A stretch of 44,834 nucleotides of DNA from Ignisphaera sp. (GTDB taxonomy: Archaea; Thermoproteota; Thermoprotei_A; Sulfolobales; Ignisphaeraceae): positions 1-44,834 of the forward strand of contig JAWAHS010000002.1 of assembly GCA_038889075.1 (NCBI GenBank), read 5' to 3'. Every line of letters begins with the position of its first letter. The first letter of the stretch is position 1. A program made the position numbers and the translations under genes. The notes below the pieces were generated by a model. It had not been told where the DNA came from and did no database searches. It saw only the letters and a program-made list of their open reading frames with translations. Positions 27,086-37,734 of this stretch are shown piece after piece.

Positions 27086-27715
27086 TTATCTGTCATTATT
27101 TTTAATTTTAAGAGTCCACCGATATAGATACAGAATTCTCTGTACAATTGTCACAATGCCGAGAAATATCATTAACACTATTGGGATCTCATATATAAGG
27201 ATACCAAAGTTAGTAACAGGCTTACCGTTGAATAGTAGTAATAGAAGTACCGTGCCAGCTATTAGTATTAATCTTTCGCCACGCTCTAGCAATCCTATAC
27301 CCTCCATCTTTATGCCTCTTATTTCACCTAGTGCCCTTAGATAACTTATAGTATACGAAATGGTAATGGCTATGAGTACGAGAGGTGCAGACATTCCCGT
27401 GAAATACAGTGAGATAAGAAATGAGAACTCCTCTATTCGGTCGCAAACAGAATCCAGTATCCCACCAAAAGCAGTTGTTTTTCCACCTAAACGTGCAGTT
27501 GCACCATCAACAATGTCCATAAAGGATGTCAATACAATTACAAGGAATAGTAAGATATAGTTTTTAAAAATTGCACATGGAATAGCAAATATAGATAGAA
27601 TTAAACCAGATAGAGTAATCAGACTTGGTGATATATTTAATCTTAGACAAATACGTGCTACCCGAATGATAATTCTATTCGCATTACTTCTTAACCTTGT
27701 TAACATTCTAACCAC
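27086..27715 (-). CDS. pgsA: CDP-alcohol phosphatidyltransferase (archaetidylinositol phosphate synthase-like)
   Basis: DIVDGATAR...GGILDSVCDR motif, SYLRA, GLLERGER, multiple TM helices. Confidence 0.9.
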   Translation of the reverse strand: MVRMLTRLRSNANRIIIRVARICLRLNISPSLITLSGLILSIFAIPCAIFKNYILLFLVIVLTSFMDIVDGATARLGGKTTAFGGILDSVCDRIEEFSFLISLYFTGMSAPLVLIAITISYTISYLRALGEIRGIKMEGIGLLERGERLILIAGTVLLLLLFNGKPVTNFGILIYEIPIVLMIFLGIVTIVQRILYLYRWTLKIKNNDR

Positions 27716-27783
27716 ATTAACGTAGCTAAGGAGAGTCAGCTATATTAACCTTAGATCTCCTAAAGAATAACAGTAATAGCAAG

Positions 27784-27842
27784 ATGAAGAAGAATCCGGG
27801 ATCTGAGTCCAAGGTGATGTAAGGTTCGCGTTAAATCTCTGA
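27784..27842 (+). ncRNA. Box C/D sRNA, probable tRNA T-arm guide
   Basis: ATGAAGA-AGAATCCGGGAT-CTGA-GTCCAAG-GTGATGT-...-CTGA. The D' guide GAATCCGGGAT pairs over 11 nt (one G-U) with AUCCCGGGUUC of the tRNA-Gly in this window. Confidence 0.75.
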
Positions 27843-27890
27843 TAACATTGGAATCTACGGGGGTGAGAGCTCATCAATGTTGAAAAGCAG

Positions 27891-28520
27891 ATGAGAGATG
27901 TAGTTGTAGCTGTATATGATTCAAGAAAGCTTGTAAAAATATTGAATATGCTTAATAACTATAGGGTATCAGTGAAGGGGATAGACGAGAGAATCAGAAG
28001 GGTCCATGGCATTGTTATTGCCGATGAAAATGGTTTAAAATATATGGATGAAATGCATATAGAAGTTAATGGCATAGTGCTGAATATCGATTCAATAGGT
28101 ATTGAGAGGGGCACCATAATGGGAGTGATTCTTTCCAGAACCTCTGATAGTGAGATAGAGAGTGTTATAATAGGAATTGACTATGGAGAGAAGATAGGTA
28201 TAGCAATTCTTGCCAATTCTGACGTAGTTTTCGTTAATAGCTATAGAGATAAAGTTGAGGCATTGAGAGTTGTAAGAATGTTTATAGATGGTGTAAATGC
28301 CGAGAGGAAGATAGTTAGAATAGGGCTTCCCAGTAAACATCATAGAGGATACGACAACTTTGTAGAATCGCTGGCCAACACAGTAAAAGATAGCGCTATA
28401 GTAGAGTTTGTATCAGAGAATGGAAGTTCGAAACGAAAACTGGTTGCAGGCAGCATAAAAATTGATGAAGACTCGCTAGCAGCAGTAAATATAGCATTAC
28501 AAAGAATCTATAATGATTAA
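27891..28520 (+). CDS. Hypothetical protein with RNase H-fold (YqgF/RuvC-like) C-terminal domain
   Basis: IIGIDYGEKIGIAIL, VSENGSS and DEDSLAAVNIA correspond to the D, E and D acidic motifs of YqgF-like domains. Confidence 0.75.
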   Translation: MRDVVVAVYDSRKLVKILNMLNNYRVSVKGIDERIRRVHGIVIADENGLKYMDEMHIEVNGIVLNIDSIGIERGTIMGVILSRTSDSEIESVIIGIDYGEKIGIAILANSDVVFVNSYRDKVEALRVVRMFIDGVNAERKIVRIGLPSKHHRGYDNFVESLANTVKDSAIVEFVSENGSSKRKLVAGSIKIDEDSLAAVNIALQRIYND

Positions 28521-28630
28521 TTGAAGGGGATACACTATCTATTCTAGGATAGGACAACCAAATAAGCTAGTATTTTTAGCAGCACTCTGGTCCGTACTGT
28601 TATAGTATCTGTGAACACATCGATGGATAG

Positions 28631-29971
28631 ATGGTTATTATGTGTGGTGATGTGTACAAGGAAACCTATACAGATATAAAACAATTAAAATCCGTAGTAC
28701 CGGTATCCCAGAGTATTTTATTAGAGAAGAATAAGGTTATTAGAGTCGTTGGACCGACTAGAATAGAGGTTACTAGGGGATGTATAAGAGTACTAGGAAT
28801 TAACGTATGTGCATCCCAAAGCATCTACATAAATAGATATAGAAGCTATGCTATAAAAGCCGTTACAGACTCCATGATAGGTCTTCTTATTGGTGAAGGT
28901 GGTGCCATAGAATACCCATCCGAGGGTGAAGAAGTAATAGATTTATGGGAGAATGCAGCAGTAGATATAATTAAAGAAGGGAAGAGGATTGCTGTATTAG
29001 GTGGTGTGGACAGTGGAAAAACATCATTTTCTACACTATTATCAAATATAGCGTTAGAATACAATTTAAAGCCGGCTATAATCGATGCCGATGTAGGGCA
29101 GTGCGATTTAGCTCCACCTGGATTTATAGCATTAAAGTTCATGAAGAGTAAAACGCTTTGGCTACGTGAGGTAAGGGGGGATATGGTGAGATTTGTAGGG
29201 TACACCACCCCCTCAAATCCTATTGCAATGAGTAGAATCATGTCAGCCGTAATAGAGTTGATAAACATAGCCGAGAATAATGGATCTGATTTAATTATAG
29301 TAAATACAGATGGATGGTTCGGCGATCTAGCTTCCATTGAATATAAAACTACTCTAATAAAGAATACAAAACCTAAATCGGTTGTTGTCTTAGGAACGGA
29401 TGCCTGCAGTACTCTGAGTAATATGCTTAAGGGTTCCTCAGCCAAGGTGTACTGTCTACCTAAGCCTAAGGTAGTTCGTTATAGAGATAGAGAAGATAGA
29501 AGAGAATTACGAAAGCTTAACTACAGTATGTATTTTAAAGAAGCTAGAAGAGTTTGTCTAGAGGTTGATACTATCACTTTATTTGGTTCATGTATATTCT
29601 CAGGTTCACCACTTTCGGAAGAATCTATCCAAAATCTCTCAAAAGAATTAGGAATAAAGATTATCATGGCCTCCAGCTACGATGATCTGATAATTATTAT
29701 GGTACCAGATGATATAGACGTAAATAATATCAAACAGATGGAAGGAATAAATATAGTTAAACCAAGTAATGCTAGAGGGCTTATTTCAGCAGTAGTCGAT
29801 GATACACTTGAGGAACGCGATATAGCTGTCATAGACGATTTCGATCCTATCAGTAAGAGGATATGTATATTAACGCCATATAGAGGTATTGTAAGAGGCA
29901 TAGTCATTGGTAGGATAAGAGTTGATGAATATTGGAATGATAAAGGGAGAGTATCAAGATGCCCAATATAA
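28631..29971 (+). CDS. clp1: Clp1/Grc3/Nol9-family polynucleotide 5'-hydroxyl kinase
   Basis: GGVDSGKT, DADVGQ, NTDGW, RDREDRRELR lid. Confidence 0.92.
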   Translation: MVIMCGDVYKETYTDIKQLKSVVPVSQSILLEKNKVIRVVGPTRIEVTRGCIRVLGINVCASQSIYINRYRSYAIKAVTDSMIGLLIGEGGAIEYPSEGEEVIDLWENAAVDIIKEGKRIAVLGGVDSGKTSFSTLLSNIALEYNLKPAIIDADVGQCDLAPPGFIALKFMKSKTLWLREVRGDMVRFVGYTTPSNPIAMSRIMSAVIELINIAENNGSDLIIVNTDGWFGDLASIEYKTTLIKNTKPKSVVVLGTDACSTLSNMLKGSSAKVYCLPKPKVVRYRDREDRRELRKLNYSMYFKEARRVCLEVDTITLFGSCIFSGSPLSEESIQNLSKELGIKIIMASSYDDLIIIMVPDDIDVNNIKQMEGINIVKPSNARGLISAVVDDTLEERDIAVIDDFDPISKRICILTPYRGIVRGIVIGRIRVDEYWNDKGRVSRCPI

Positions 29972-30334
29972 AGGACATTAATGTAGTATAGAAAGAGCTC
30001 AAATTAGAACTGTCTTTGTCAGTTTTATACTTCTAGCACTTCACACGATCTATCCGATGATATATCCTTGTAACAATACATTTAGTCAAAATTAAAATCG
30101 TTTTCTTTCCAATTCTTGCGGAAAGGAAAGCTCTGTAACTACCTAATGAATTCATAACGATGCTTTGTAACCCATGAATGGAATCGGATCTGGAGATGCT
30201 ACCATGAAAGTAGATGAATTAATAAGTGGGATTTGTGGTTTAGGGCAAATGGTCTGTAATGACAGATTTTTAACCAGCTTTAGTGGCTACGATAAAGGAG
30301 GTAAATAGTATAAGTGCGACTGAAAGGTGGTAAT

Positions 30335-31615
30335 ATGTCGTTAAGGGAGTTCATTGAAAGCATTCCTGTAGATGAAGTTGTAGATCTAAGAAATAACATG
30401 TTCGATGTTGAGCTAGAGCCTTCAAAGATACTTTTTGAATATGATGGAATTGAAAAGATAGTTTTATTTAGAGTAGGGAATTCTGATCTGATTTGCGTTG
30501 GTAACGTATTGAATAGCCGTCGCAGGCTATATAAATATATACTTAATGCAGGAAATGAAGATGAGGCGTATAGGAGTTTTTTGGAGAGTACGAGAGCTCC
30601 ATCTAAACCTAAAGAGAGAACATTTGAAGCACACTTTAGATATTTACGGAACATCGATCTGTATACTATACCATTTATAAAATTTTTCCCTAAAGATGGT
30701 GGCAGATATCTCACATCTTCAATATTCATTTCCTGTCTTGATGAAATATGCAATGCATCAATACATAGAACAATGCTTTTAACAAGGAATAGTGTTGTTG
30801 CTAGAATTGTTCCTAGGCATCTAAGATATATATATGACAAATATAGAGAGAGAGGTAAGGATACACCTGTAGCTATAGTTGTAGGGGCGCATCCAGCTGC
30901 TACACTCATGGCAGCTACTTCACCTCCTTTGGGGGTTTTCGAATTGAATCTAGTACCCAACTTGCTACCCAGCTTCTCCATAGCATATACTCCAAAGTAT
31001 AGGTTGCCGATTCCAGTTCCTGCAGCAATAGTTATGGAGGGTAGGATAACAGGTGAGCTGGTTGACGAAGGACCTTTTGTAGATCTTCTTAATCTTTATG
31101 ATAGTGTTAGAAAGGAGCCTGTGATAGTTGTAGAGGCTGTTTACATGAATGATGAGGAGTATTTCCATACAATACTTCCAAGCGGAAAAGAACACAAGCT
31201 ACTTCAGAGCTTTTCAAAAGAGGCTCTTATATGGGAGTATGTTGGCAGGGTTGTTCCAAGGGTGCATAAAGTTAGACTTCTTGAAGCTGCAGGCTCATGG
31301 TTACACGCCGTCATATCTATAGAAAAGAATAGCGATGGTGATGCTAGAAACGCTATATTGGCATCATTTAGTGCACACCCAAGTTTAAAGATGGTTACAG
31401 TAGTGGATCCCGATATAGATGTAGACTCTCTATATATGATAGAATGGGCATTCGCTACGAGATTTAGGGGTAGAGACAGCATCGTACTCATTGAAAGAAC
31501 TAGGTGTTCTACGCTAGATCCAATATCGCCTAACGGTATATGTGATAAAATAGGTTTTGATCTAACTATACCCATGGGTAGCGATAAAACTAGGTTTCTA
31601 TATGTGAAAATCTGA
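30335..31615 (+). CDS. ubiD: UbiD-family prFMN decarboxylase (probable trans-anhydromevalonate 5-phosphate decarboxylase)
   Basis: DGGRY, NASIHR, EGPFVD, VVDPDIDV, STLDP, KIGFDLT. In an operon with both AcnX subunits. Start set at the ATG at 30335 after GGTGG. Confidence 0.9.
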   Translation: MSLREFIESIPVDEVVDLRNNMFDVELEPSKILFEYDGIEKIVLFRVGNSDLICVGNVLNSRRRLYKYILNAGNEDEAYRSFLESTRAPSKPKERTFEAHFRYLRNIDLYTIPFIKFFPKDGGRYLTSSIFISCLDEICNASIHRTMLLTRNSVVARIVPRHLRYIYDKYRERGKDTPVAIVVGAHPAATLMAATSPPLGVFELNLVPNLLPSFSIAYTPKYRLPIPVPAAIVMEGRITGELVDEGPFVDLLNLYDSVRKEPVIVVEAVYMNDEEYFHTILPSGKEHKLLQSFSKEALIWEYVGRVVPRVHKVRLLEAAGSWLHAVISIEKNSDGDARNAILASFSAHPSLKMVTVVDPDIDVDSLYMIEWAFATRFRGRDSIVLIERTRCSTLDPISPNGICDKIGFDLTIPMGSDKTRFLYVKI

Positions 31616-31626
31616 GTGATATAGCA

Positions 31627-32796
31627 ATGCACCTTGATAGAATTGATGAAAAGATGCTGAATGGTGAATATGGAGAGGCAAAAAAATTGGCTCTAAAAAT
31701 TTTAGTAAGTATAGGCGAGACTCTAGGGGCTGAAAGACTAATTCCAATATCACACGCCCACATCTCTGGTGTATCCTACTTCAATATAGGTGACGACGGC
31801 CTGGAATTCTTAGAGGATATGCTAATAAAGGGTGCTAAAACAACTGTATTTACAACGGCAAATCCATATTCCATTGCTATACACGAAAATTATAGCAAAT
31901 ACTATGATAGTAGTATTGTAGAGAAGCAGAAAAGAATCGTTGATATATTGATTAAGATTGGTATAGCGCCAAATAGTTTTACATGTATTCCTTACAAAAT
32001 TAGAAAACCGTTCTATGGAGAGCACGTTGCATGGGCAGAATCTAGTGCTGTAATTTATGGCAATTCAATTCTAGGGGTGTATACAAATAGGGAGAGCGGT
32101 ATTTCAGCACTGATGGCATCGATCGTTGGCAAAACATACTACTATGGTATGCATATAGATGAAAATAGGAAGGCTCAGGAATACATTATTGTAGAGGAGG
32201 ACATACGAACGATATCACTTGCAAGTATTTTAGGATTATATGTAGGAAGGATTGCAAGAGGCGTACCGTTTATAGATGTCAATATGCCAGTGGAAAATGC
32301 TGTATATAAGGAATTGATTATAAGGAGCTTACTAGCATCGATAGCGACAACCTCCGACTTACCCTTAGTTATAGTAAAGAATGCCTCCCCTATAACTATT
32401 CATAGGGATGTGGATACAAGATTATTGGAACGTGTTAGGGTAGATATGAAAGAGCTTAGAGTCTTTATCGAGGAGAAGTGTGGCAATGTACTATTTCTAG
32501 GATGTCCTCATATGACGGTAAACGAAGCGGAGTTTGTATTAAATACCATAGATTTTAAAGAGATTACTAAGCTAGGTATAGAGAAGATATTAATTGCAAC
32601 ACCGATCCAAAATTATAATAAATCATCTAAAAGAGTTGAAGGAGACATTGAAATAGAGTATATCCCTGGGGTATGTCCTGTGGTTTCAAATTTGGTGGAG
32701 ATGGGCATAGATTCGGTGGCAACAATTCATGGAAAGGCGTATCATTATCTTCCTAAGCTCTCAGGGGTAAAATCATGTATACTGAATATTGTATAG
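31627..32796 (+). CDS. acnX: Aconitase X large subunit (probable mevalonate 5-phosphate dehydratase)
   Basis: HAHISGVSY, TCIPY, WAESSA, GCPH and GVCPV Fe-S ligands. Confidence 0.92.
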   Translation: MHLDRIDEKMLNGEYGEAKKLALKILVSIGETLGAERLIPISHAHISGVSYFNIGDDGLEFLEDMLIKGAKTTVFTTANPYSIAIHENYSKYYDSSIVEKQKRIVDILIKIGIAPNSFTCIPYKIRKPFYGEHVAWAESSAVIYGNSILGVYTNRESGISALMASIVGKTYYYGMHIDENRKAQEYIIVEEDIRTISLASILGLYVGRIARGVPFIDVNMPVENAVYKELIIRSLLASIATTSDLPLVIVKNASPITIHRDVDTRLLERVRVDMKELRVFIEEKCGNVLFLGCPHMTVNEAEFVLNTIDFKEITKLGIEKILIATPIQNYNKSSKRVEGDIEIEYIPGVCPVVSNLVEMGIDSVATIHGKAYHYLPKLSGVKSCILNIV

Positions 32797-33194
32797 ACAT
32801 CCCAAACAGTAAATTTATTGGAGACCCTACCGAAGGAGTGGCATTGAACCTAGAGGTACTCTCGTTTCTCGGTGATGTAGATCGTAGAACGGGTACCATA
32901 GTATCTGAGGATACGAAAGCAAGGGGGCATCAAGTAAAGGATAGAATACTTATAGTTAAAAAATTTAGAGGAAGTACTGTAGGCGTCTATGTATTATATT
33001 CACTGTGTAAGAATGGATTGGCACCGAAGGCAGTAATTTGCGGTGAACCTGATCCTGTTATAGTAGCAGGCATAGTGCTATGCAGTATTACGGGCGTTTT
33101 CAAAGTTCCCGAAACAATTATGGAACAGATTAAAAATGGTGATAGGATAAGGATAGAGCCTCTAAAGAATGGTGCTAGAATATGCATAGCATAG
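32775..33194 (+). CDS. Aconitase X small (swiveling, DUF126) subunit
   Basis: LSFLGDVD..TG and RGSTVG with the catalytic Ser. Confidence 0.92.
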   Translation: MYTEYCIDIPNSKFIGDPTEGVALNLEVLSFLGDVDRRTGTIVSEDTKARGHQVKDRILIVKKFRGSTVGVYVLYSLCKNGLAPKAVICGEPDPVIVAGIVLCSITGVFKVPETIMEQIKNGDRIRIEPLKNGARICIA

Positions 33195-33424
33195 AGTTAG
33201 CAATAAACATTGGAACCTTAAAGATACAGAACTCGTTTAGTTCAATCCAACGTTGGGGACGAAATAGTACTTCAAGGCAGATCTTTCCTTACATCTATAA
33301 GGTACTCCATACCATAGCTGTCCTGTATCAATACTTTAAACACCTAGTAGAGGATAGTGGTAAACGATCTGGATTTTTATTTTATATTTTTATAGGGTAG
33401 CCTGCTTATACTAAGTCAGCATCA

Positions 33425-33841
33425 TTATTTATTCTCTTTTCCAGGCGCCTCTTTTTCTTTTCCAGGCATCGCTTCCTCTCTATGCAATGCTTTTTTAATT
33501 CTTTCAATTCTTTCAATTGCATCTAACCAGTAAACAACGTCTCTAGCATCGTCGTAATTGGCTTCACCTCTTTTAATCTTGGTGAGATAGCTATTTAGAG
33601 TATTCGCTATACTTTTTTCAAGCTCGGTAAGCACGCTTATTATACTTGCTTCAGCAACCTCCTCCTCTGTTTTTACAAGCATTACACGTCCATGGATAGG
33701 GCACACAATTTCATTATTTGGCATCTTAAATAGTGGCGATCCACACAGTACACAAACGTCAGCAAGCATTACACCACCACCTCGCATAAGTTCAGCAGCC
33801 CTTCTAACGGCATCTTCCCTTCCACTACCAGATTGATCCAC
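33425..33841 (-). CDS. UPF0148 / SSSCA1-like Zn-ribbon protein
   Basis: AAELMRGGGVMLADVCVLCGSPLF...VCPIHG. Confidence 0.9.
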   Translation of the reverse strand: MDQSGSGREDAVRRAAELMRGGGVMLADVCVLCGSPLFKMPNNEIVCPIHGRVMLVKTEEEVAEASIISVLTELEKSIANTLNSYLTKIKRGEANYDDARDVVYWLDAIERIERIKKALHREEAMPGKEKEAPGKENK

Positions 33842-34007
33842 GCAATATCACCTAGATTAATGGTCAATATATAGTTATTATATTGGAAACTTTTATCTTT
33901 TTATCTTTTCGGCTAGGGATTTTCCATACTGTTTACAAAGTAAAAGATATTTATTTGAAAATGTAATAATATCGTGGCAGGGAAAATGACAAAAATTAGG
34001 TGAATTC

Positions 34008-35747
34008 ATGAAGTATACAGCTATAAGAAGTATTCTAATAGGAGTATTTGTAGGAAGTTTTATCAGTTTCATAAACAGTTATGGCTATGCCGTTTCAGGC
34101 TACACGACGGCCGAAGCATCATTGATAATAATTCCCATTCTCATCATATTCATATATAAGATCCTCAGGATCGGATATAGTGATGAAGATTTCCTAATAT
34201 CCATTGCTACAGCTCTGGGGGTAGATATAACAACTACCCTAACTTCGGGAATGTATATAACCTTTGGTTTTCTGAGCTACTCTATTGATAGACTTAAGGC
34301 ATTTGGAATAGATGTTTCCATCCCTCGTGAACTATTTGGTGGTATCAGTGGAGTTCTTGACATATATGCGCTACCCATATATGTCTCACTCTCATTGGTA
34401 TCCATTAGTGGGGCATTTATTGCGTATACATTTAGAAGCTATTTTATAGAAAAAGAGAGGCTCAGATATCCTTTTGCAATAGCCTCGGCTATTTTGATAA
34501 ACGCCTTTAAAAAAATGTCGTATGGATTTAGGGGGTGTTTTACTGCATTTATTCTAGGTTTTCTCACTCAGATGATATTATTGTATATACCGATAGTACA
34601 GGATTTAACACCATTTCTTTCAACCATAGCTCCAGGTTCATTATTTGCATTTTCATTTTCCCCATTGGTATTCGGATTATTTCTCTTAATGCCTCTAGGC
34701 TCTCTTAGAGTAATATCAATGAGTTCCCTAGCAGCATATCTTATCATTATACCTATCACTGTAAATCTACTTGCTCTACCTATACTTCCAGCTGTAGGAT
34801 ACAGCGAAGCTCTATTTGCAATTGCGCCTATTGTAGTTAGCCTAAATCTAGGAATGGTTATAATACTATTGGTATATTATTTACTGAGATTCGGAAAACT
34901 AATATCCTCAGCGATGTCAATTGTATTGAAAATGTCTATTGAGAGAACAATGTTCGTCATGGGTCTGGTACTACTTTCTCTGCTTGGATACATCGCATTT
35001 CTATTAGTTAAGCAATCTCCTGAACAGCTCCCTGTACTTTCTCTAATTCTACTGCCGGTACTATTCTTACACATAGTTTTGCTAATAGCAAATCTGCGCG
35101 TAGTAGGTGAAGTAGGTATTGGTTCTCAAGCGCTCTTTCCCATCGTTACATTCATAATGTACTTATCAGGTATACGAGAAGCCGGAGCATATGCATCACT
35201 CGATCCATATACAGGAATCCCCATGCCTCAGATTATCGGAGGTACCACTATGAATCTATTTAGATTTTCCCGATTCTTTAAAGGAAATGCTGTGAAAATA
35301 TTGAAAAGCTTTTGCATGGGAGCACTAATCGGCAGTTTCATTACATACCTATACGGTAACATCCTGGTACACCTCTACGGATTCGATTCACCGCAAATGC
35401 CGCTAACTAGATGGATTCCCACAATTGTATGGATGGCTACAGTATACGGAGGTAGATTAGGTAGCACCTCATTCTACGTAATAGCTATAGGGCTGTTAAT
35501 AGGTACCGTTATAGTATTCTTGAATTGGTATAGAGGACTGCCACTATTTTCTATAGCAGTTGGACTAACCCTACCACCAGATATAGGATTTATTGCACTG
35601 CTATCATATATAATAAAGAGTATCGTAGTTAAACTTGGAGCTGAGGTACACGAAAAAATAGTTATACTAGACATGATCTACATCGTAGGCGCCGGAATTG
35701 CTATAGCAACCCACATCTTACTAGCAGCATTTGGTGTTTCGGTTTGA
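34008..35747 (+). CDS. OPT oligopeptide transporter superfamily membrane protein
   Basis: Many TM helices and FIEKERLRYPFAIASA, which matches the OPT motif (E.L.YP.G.A). Confidence 0.8.
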   Translation: MKYTAIRSILIGVFVGSFISFINSYGYAVSGYTTAEASLIIIPILIIFIYKILRIGYSDEDFLISIATALGVDITTTLTSGMYITFGFLSYSIDRLKAFGIDVSIPRELFGGISGVLDIYALPIYVSLSLVSISGAFIAYTFRSYFIEKERLRYPFAIASAILINAFKKMSYGFRGCFTAFILGFLTQMILLYIPIVQDLTPFLSTIAPGSLFAFSFSPLVFGLFLLMPLGSLRVISMSSLAAYLIIIPITVNLLALPILPAVGYSEALFAIAPIVVSLNLGMVIILLVYYLLRFGKLISSAMSIVLKMSIERTMFVMGLVLLSLLGYIAFLLVKQSPEQLPVLSLILLPVLFLHIVLLIANLRVVGEVGIGSQALFPIVTFIMYLSGIREAGAYASLDPYTGIPMPQIIGGTTMNLFRFSRFFKGNAVKILKSFCMGALIGSFITYLYGNILVHLYGFDSPQMPLTRWIPTIVWMATVYGGRLGSTSFYVIAIGLLIGTVIVFLNWYRGLPLFSIAVGLTLPPDIGFIALLSYIIKSIVVKLGAEVHEKIVILDMIYIVGAGIAIATHILLAAFGVSV

Positions 35748-37348
35748 ATGTATTTTATCCACACCTAATTCTACTGCTTCCTATTTTGATGATATTTACA
35801 GTTATTTTCTTAGCCATAAATAAGTATAGAGGATATGTAGAGGAGGAGCCAATAAGAGAGGTAAGGTTAGTAAGTCCTGCATTAAAGATTGTTAAGTTAC
35901 TATTTTCAAAAACTATTAGTAGCATCGAAATCATAATCATAGTAGTCTCACTCTATCTTTTAACAATAATGGCATCATCCATAGCTTTCTACACATACTC
36001 TATGAAGACTGTGGATCTAGAGAATAGGCCATATCTATTTGATGTAGCAGGAGTTGGCAATACAATCAGTATCATCGATAAAGTACTGCAATCTAGATAT
36101 AGCATTGTAATAATACAAGTATATAGAGCGTCGGCATTCAACGTTGGTAATGAGACATTGATTTTATATCCACTCCTTATAGGATGCAACAGGAATGTGG
36201 TATTGTTAGATAATACTAGTATGTATATCGAAATGTTATTGGATCTGTGTGGTATTCTCGAGGCCGATAATGTAGTTGTATTGAATAAAGATTTAGGTGT
36301 GTTGGCACGAGAAGTAGGTTTAAGGGGTGTGAAATACAATTCTGTTGTAGTTGCGAATCTCAAACCTCTATTGGATGTCGAGCTAATTCCAGGCGTATAT
36401 ATACTGCATTCTATTGGTAGTATAGGTGGTGAAACAATCAAGTTAGAAGATATCAATAGAGTAGCTCTGCTTAAAATATCAAAGGATAATATTGATGTAC
36501 TCTGCAAAGACGGATGCGATGCCAAGATTATAAGCCTCTATATAGATGGTGTATATGAAAAGGTAGACTCGTTAGAGAGTATTATAGATGAATACAAAGA
36601 TATTTTTGATTATATTATTGTGAGACATCATAATAGAGGTACGATATATAGTAGTACAGTTATTCCGACGCTTGAAAGCATAGTAGGACTTTTGGTACTT
36701 TTTCTGAGTTCTGTAATACTACTACTATCAATTTCTAGTGGTCTAATTGAAAAACTAGGCTATATGGTAGATAAGCTATGGAGTATAGGAATATCGAAGG
36801 AAGTGTATTGGGCTTCATCTGTTTTAACATTAATTATAATTTTTAGTATTACAGCTATACCAATTGCTATAAGTTGCTATATAGGATGGCTAAATTCATT
36901 TGGTCTCACAGCGTATTTAATGATTTCAATAACGACCATAATCATACTATCGTCTCAATTAACGAGAAAATTAGGCACAGTCTCTAACCTTCCACAGAGA
37001 TTCAATGTAACATACATAACGGAGAGCTATGTAGATGTAGAGAAATTGAGGAAGTGCCTTGCACAATCTCTGCATAGTGATGATTTCTTTTATCTGAGTG
37101 AAATTGAGGTATTGGAGAATAGTAGATACTTTGTATTGAGATTGGAGATGATGTATAGAAGAGCACTTTCTACAATAGCATCATCCGAAATGTATGTTGA
37201 GAGTCATGATAATCTATGGAAGTATGTGATAGAGGTAGATATATGGAGTATCGAGGAGTTTACACCTAGAGAGATGAGATACATTAAATCACTAGCTCTA
37301 TCTAAGGTATATGGGGGGTTAACATCTTGCTTAGAGAGATCATCTTAA
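35744..37348 (+). CDS. FtsX/MacB-like ABC permease (divergent)
   Basis: N-terminal TMs, a large extracellular loop, then 3-4 TMs with LWSIGIS (cf. L.ALG). Overlaps the upstream stop. Confidence 0.65.
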   Translation: MNVFYPHLILLLPILMIFTVIFLAINKYRGYVEEEPIREVRLVSPALKIVKLLFSKTISSIEIIIIVVSLYLLTIMASSIAFYTYSMKTVDLENRPYLFDVAGVGNTISIIDKVLQSRYSIVIIQVYRASAFNVGNETLILYPLLIGCNRNVVLLDNTSMYIEMLLDLCGILEADNVVVLNKDLGVLAREVGLRGVKYNSVVVANLKPLLDVELIPGVYILHSIGSIGGETIKLEDINRVALLKISKDNIDVLCKDGCDAKIISLYIDGVYEKVDSLESIIDEYKDIFDYIIVRHHNRGTIYSSTVIPTLESIVGLLVLFLSSVILLLSISSGLIEKLGYMVDKLWSIGISKEVYWASSVLTLIIIFSITAIPIAISCYIGWLNSFGLTAYLMISITTIIILSSQLTRKLGTVSNLPQRFNVTYITESYVDVEKLRKCLAQSLHSDDFFYLSEIEVLENSRYFVLRLEMMYRRALSTIASSEMYVESHDNLWKYVIEVDIWSIEEFTPREMRYIKSLALSKVYGGLTSCLERSS

Positions 37349-37734
37349 GGACTATTAGGTATTCATTGACTTGTGTAGGGATGCGGTATACCGTACTCTT
37401 TTCCATTACGCTATATGTATATCTTCATATGTATAGAGGAGTATTGATACTTGTAGTTACACTAGCTTTATCCATACTAATGGTTATAGCCTCTACATTA
37501 TCTGATAGAAGAAACATCGTTCAATTTATTAATGTGCTAAACCTTGTAGGTGGGAGAAGGAAGGTTTTATTTACAGCAGCTGCTGTATTTATTTCACTAC
37601 GTTCGCTCTTCATAGCCATAGTATATGGTACAGCTATATTGCAAAGCTTCAACCTAATACCTATAGTATTGTTTATCCATATAATAGTCGTGATGATACT
37701 ATCACTTATAGTTGTAAGAGGTGGTATCCTATGA
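37327..37734 (+). CDS. Small membrane protein (FtsX-like TM module)
   Basis: Four hydrophobic segments and VLNLVGGRRK (cf. FtsX LK.LGA.R). Its stop overlaps the ATPase start (ATGA). Confidence 0.65.
   Translation: MLREIILRTIRYSLTCVGMRYTVLFSITLYVYLHMYRGVLILVVTLALSILMVIASTLSDRRNIVQFINVLNLVGGRRKVLFTAAAVFISLRSLFIAIVYGTAILQSFNLIPIVLFIHIIVVMILSLIVVRGGIL

Noticed and set aside
29972-30334. Long intergenic region checked for a C/D sRNA
   Set aside because: Only isolated ATGA/GATGA words, with no properly spaced C and D box pair.
33182-33400. 72-aa + ORF after the AcnX small subunit
   Set aside because: No family features. It most likely arises by chance in an intergenic region between convergent genes.
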